A stretch of DNA of 64,000 bases from Rhodosorus marinus CCMP1338 (Eukaryota; Plantae; Rhodophyta). The stretch lies in assembly GCA_029953675.1 (NCBI GenBank), contig JAMWBK010000001.1, forward strand, positions 2,170,001 to 2,234,000, written 5' to 3'. The translations under genes were made by a program, and so were the position numbers. Below the pieces are notes generated by a model. The model saw nothing but the letters and a program-made list of their open reading frames with translations, ran no database searches and had not been told where the DNA came from. Positions 59,830 to 64,000 of this stretch are shown one piece after another. Numbering within the stretch: position 1 is the first letter of the stretch; each line of letters opens with the position of its first letter.

Positions 59830-61355
59830 ATGCTTGTTGGAGTCGTAGGCTGCTGTCATGGAGAGCTTGACGTGATATACGATACCTTAACTGAAGCCGA
59901 GAAGTAAGGAGAACTCTTTCACCTCCTGTGTGCTCTTCGTTCGTTTCTACGGATACCTATTTACGAGTTCCATCGTTTTTTAAGGCGCTTGGACCGGAAG
60001 ACAGACGTTCTACTGATCTGTGGTGACTTTCAGTCAGTTAGAAACGAAGATGATCTGGAATGCGTCGCATGCCCTCCAAAGTATCGACAGATAAACACCT
60101 TCTACAAGTACTACAGTGGCGAAAAAACAGCACCGGTACTCACAATCTTCGTTGGGGGCAACCATGAAGCATCCAACTACCTCCAAGAGCTTCCCTACGG
60201 AGGCTTTGTAGCCCCGAACATCTACTACATGGGATACGCAGGTCTGTTTCATTCCAAGACAAGTCTCTGGAAACCGGAGAGATACTAAGTTGGGAAGCTA
60301 TGATTATACCCCCGTTGTTCAGGAGCGATCTCAGTGGGAGGCCTTCGAATCGCTGGGATAAGCGGAATCTACAAAAACCATGATTACAATACGCCGCACT
60401 TCGAGCATCCTCCTTACACGGAGTCATCATTGCGATCTGTTTACCACACAAGAAAAGAGGACGTTGAACGATTATGTACGCGACCCGTCTTGAAGAAGCC
60501 CGCAGACTAATCCACATGTCTTCTAACACGAAGCCTCGGCCGTTTGTTCCTGAAGGTAGAATTACCGGTCAGGTCGATATTTTCCTAAGCCACGACTGGC
60601 CTTCACAGATCACACAATATGGTAACCTGCAGAAGCTTCTGCAGAGGAAGCGGTTTCTCAAAGAGGATATCGAAAGGAACGCGCTTGGATCTCCCCCGCT
60701 GGATGAGATCATCTTGAGGCTCCAGCCTTCATATTTCTTCGCCGCCCATCTGCACGCCAAGTTTCCTGCAATCGTCCCTCACGGTGAGGGAAAGGAAACG
60801 AAGTTCCTAGCTCTGTCTAAACCGCTTCCAGGGCAGGACTTTCTCCAAGTCGTTGAGATCGACAACGGGAAGGTTGCTCGACCCGAAGCCACTGACGCAG
60901 AGATGGAAGTTCTCCGAGATCTAGAGTGGCTCACAATCTTGAGAAATCCCAATGCCGTACGTTTCTTCTTGCACAGCTCATTGGTGTCTACACCTTGCGT
61001 GGCGAAAGCTAAGCACGAGATCTTCTTTCCTCAGGATTCGCTCGAGGAGTCGCTAGTCAAAGAAACTCTGGACGCCATCGGTGGTGAGGGCGGCCTCAAA
61101 GTAGAAAAGTCAGGCTTCGTTAGAACGGCAAGAACGTATGACGCAGCTAGTCCAATCCGCGGTAGGAGGCCGATGGCGCTGAACGAGAACCCCCAAACTT
61201 CGTGGCTTTCTGAGAAACTTGATCTTAAAGTGGATACTAGCTCTGTTCATCGTAGTTCTGGACGCGCAGCTGCTCCTGCAGCGGAAGGAACAGGCTTGGA
61301 CGTCCAAGACGAACCAAACCCTGAGGAGATCGACATAGATCTCGACGACGTGTAA
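59830..61355 (+). CDS. DBR1: RNA lariat debranching enzyme, multi-exon
   Basis: [92 protein letters not shown]. Confidence 0.97.
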
Positions 61356-62012
61356 GGACTTCAACACCCCAGCGGATGTGTTCTAGGCTGTGGTGACAAA
61401 CGAGGCCGCGGAGGTCTTGATATACCAGAGGGTGTAACACCTGACTGAGTCGTCGGAATCCAGAACCTTGTTCACTAGACTGCACAGGAATAATCCGCGG
61501 AACCATCCAAGTTCCGAACGATGCAAGTACTGGGTGAGGCATTGCTTGGATCAGTTGAGCCCATGTTCGCAGTACCTGCCTCTCTGCAAAACGCCAGCTT
61601 GTTTTGGCAGCTTTTTCATGGTTCAAAGCGTCTTGCCACTGCCTGAATACATTATCATGGCATGGTAATAGATCTGAAAACACGAAGCGAATCCAGGTGG
61701 ACTCTGAGCTACAGACCTTTGTGGGATCGATAGAAGTCGGTGGACTGTAGGCCTGGGAACGGTATCCTGAATTTTGGGTTCTTCGGAATTTTGTTCCCCG
61801 TGCGATGAGGGCAAATGGTTCTTTTTTTATTCTGTTAATTTAGTTGATTTTTGTGTGGGTAGGGATGGGTGTGATTCCTTATGTATTCACAACCAGTGAC
61901 CGAATGATCGACCGCGGATCGTACAGGTTTCCGTAGTCTTTGAAAGCCATTTGCGCGAGACTTTCGGTTATTGACTACAAGTAAAGGAGGAAAGGGTTTT
62001 TGGTTCAGCGTT

Positions 62013-63082
62013 CTATTTTTTCGCCGGTACGCCCGGACCTCTACCTGTCACGATTTGGAACGGTTGGAGTTTTGATCTTACCTTCCAGAATACTTGCTGT
62101 CTAGCGTGATCGTACTTTAGAATATCTACCAACATGGTTAGGTCGGTCGCTCGTAAAAGAAGAGTCTCATACATATGCGTTATCTTCGTGGGAAGGTCTA
62201 GATCTGTATCTCCGACAAAGTTTGCAAGCTGCTTGAGGTCCATTGTAGGTGCTTTCAGCACGACGGGTTCCACCTGGAAGCAGACAGGAAGAATTAGGAC
62301 CAGTCCATACCTTGGAAGGACTTGTGAAAAGCTTCCTTGTTGATAGAAACATACCTTTTCAATCTGCTTCCATTGTTCAAGCTCTTTGATGTGGCTGGTC
62401 TTGATAGAATCTACGCGCGTCAGTTCCCCTTGTAGAGCAGCGACTGTCCGCTCCTCGGCCACAGCATCAGCCAAGTTCTTGTCATCAGAGAAGGAGCGCA
62501 CTTCGGTTTGAAACTCAGTAGAAATTTCCTGTAGTTTGGAGGTTAGCTCCAGGTTCGACTCTCCGGAGAGCCCTCTGTTCGAATACAAAACAACATCATA
62601 TGATGTTATCTTCTTGCCGCTTTTCCGGTATGCTTCTGCTTTTTGCACTTATCTCACCTCAGCGATTCTTCCGCTGCTTCGCTTATGAGTCGAGCAAGAA
62701 TTCTCCCGAGCGGGGTGGCTTTCGGTGTTTCGCAAGGCTTCGGAGTTTCCCGCTTGAATTTACTTGTACCTACAGTCGGAGGTTTCAGCTTGCTGCTGGA
62801 CATGTCAGGCACACCGCTTGGTTGCTGAGGAGCGATCCTCCCGCAGGGAAGGCTTTCTTTCACCGCGGAGTTCTGAGCCACTAGCTCCTCAGCCTCGACA
62901 GCGGCTGGAGCAATCACTGGGGCGGTGCTTTCATCAGTTTTTTTCGCCTCGCCTTTCCTAGCCCTCTTCCGGAAACGAAACCCATCTACATCCTTCGTAA
63001 TCGGCTCTTCCTTTTGTACCTCAGTTTCTGATTCAGCGAACAGAGATCTCCTCCGACTCAGTCTACGACTTCGCCGGTCCAT
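62013..63082 (-). CDS. Spliced coiled-coil protein, possibly kinetochore DSN1/Mis13-like; 3' end unresolved
   Basis: RRxS-rich N-terminus, DVDGFRFRKR, helical C-half with ELEQW and several GT-AG introns. The family call is weak. Confidence 0.4.
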
Positions 63083-64000
63083 CTCACATCGAAATTCCTC
63101 CCCAACGCTAAAACGCCAAACACCCAAACAACATAACCCTTTCCGCCCTTACCATCTCCATCACCTCTCAGCCTAAACCTCCCATCACGTTTGCACATGC
63201 ATCGCTGCAAACAGTCTCCCTGACTTTTCCATCAAGCCAAACCATGCACCCAACCCAAACCCCAACCCCCTCCTCCATCCGGCACCCCATCCCTCTTCCA
63301 AAACTCTTCGCAAAATAGAAAAACAGTAGAAATTTATTCGATATTTAAAAAGAATTGAAAAGTAACGGCTAATTTTTTTCTCCGACAGCGAGGACAGCTG
63401 GCATCAATCATTTTGGTGAAACGATTGATTGCTGGTATTGGCGGTGAAGTTATGGACGACGGCCGCTGCGCCCTCCGGCCGAGCGACAATCTCCACCTGT
63501 GCAATGTTTCACTCCAAGCGGTTCATATTCTGTTCGTTGCTACGTTTGGAAGTCCCCCACCCTCCAGTGTTACAAACAAACACAACCAACAACCTGAGAC
63601 TGGAAGTGTGTTGGGGTTGTCTATATTCAGGACGTGGTCGATGCTCTAGTGGTGAAGTTTGCTTGCAACTGATCGTAGCTGCTGACTAGAACCGTGGATG
63701 GATCTCCCTAGATGTATCCTCAGATGATAAGTTCCGACTGAATTTTCTTGTGCAATGGAGAGCGGAGCACTGCGTCTTCTAGTAGGACCCGATGTCTGTT
63801 TTAGGTAGCGAGCGTGAGAATTCTTCGCAGCCCCAACGTCCCTGGGATACTAGGCCCTGAGAGGAATCGTGGAAGCTTGCTCATTGAAGGAATCTACACT
63901 GAATTCTCGGTTTTGGCCTGAGAGCTGTTTATTCTGAAGTACTCTCAAACGAAACGTACGAATGACCGAATAGTTGTTTTATTTTATCTATGAACACATG

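Overview
This is eukaryotic nuclear DNA, most likely from a unicellular red alga. That is an inference from short GT-AG introns (about 60-190 bp), MAFV/FV-type plastid transit peptides and cyanobacterial-type genes; the organism cannot be named from sequence alone. GC-balanced genes sit in head-to-head pairs around AT-rich islands. Recognisable genes are leuB, a cysH-type PAPS/APS reductase, a DnaJ-type zinc-finger protein, a CRAL-TRIO protein, a C2H2 zinc-finger protein, a long-chain acyl-CoA synthetase, a LARP4-like protein, NOP15/NIFK, a PTC7-type PP2C and DBR1, plus several orphans. There are three LTR-retrotransposon zones (1-960, 13230-18921, about 39400-45030), made of Ty3/Gypsy chromovirus and Ty1/Copia pieces. 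The strongest candidate for something new is a 6-exon gene at 55026-52205 (-). Spliced by hand it reads in frame as 771 aa: LRR domain, then a pseudo-receiver (two-component REC fold with the phospho-site residues lost), then a PP2A B''-like EF-hand regulatory domain. Second, a TSD-flanked, RT-less chromovirus (15602-18916) carries a 564-bp satellite built only from the arms and loop of a small hairpin in its RNase H region. The satellite lies inside a 170-bp fold-back anchored at the PBS, and a second fold-back sits at the PPT/LTR junction of another element. Third is an intronless bacterial-looking six-hairpin glycosidase. No rRNA, tRNA or CRISPR was seen. All family assignments come from motif recognition, with no database searches.
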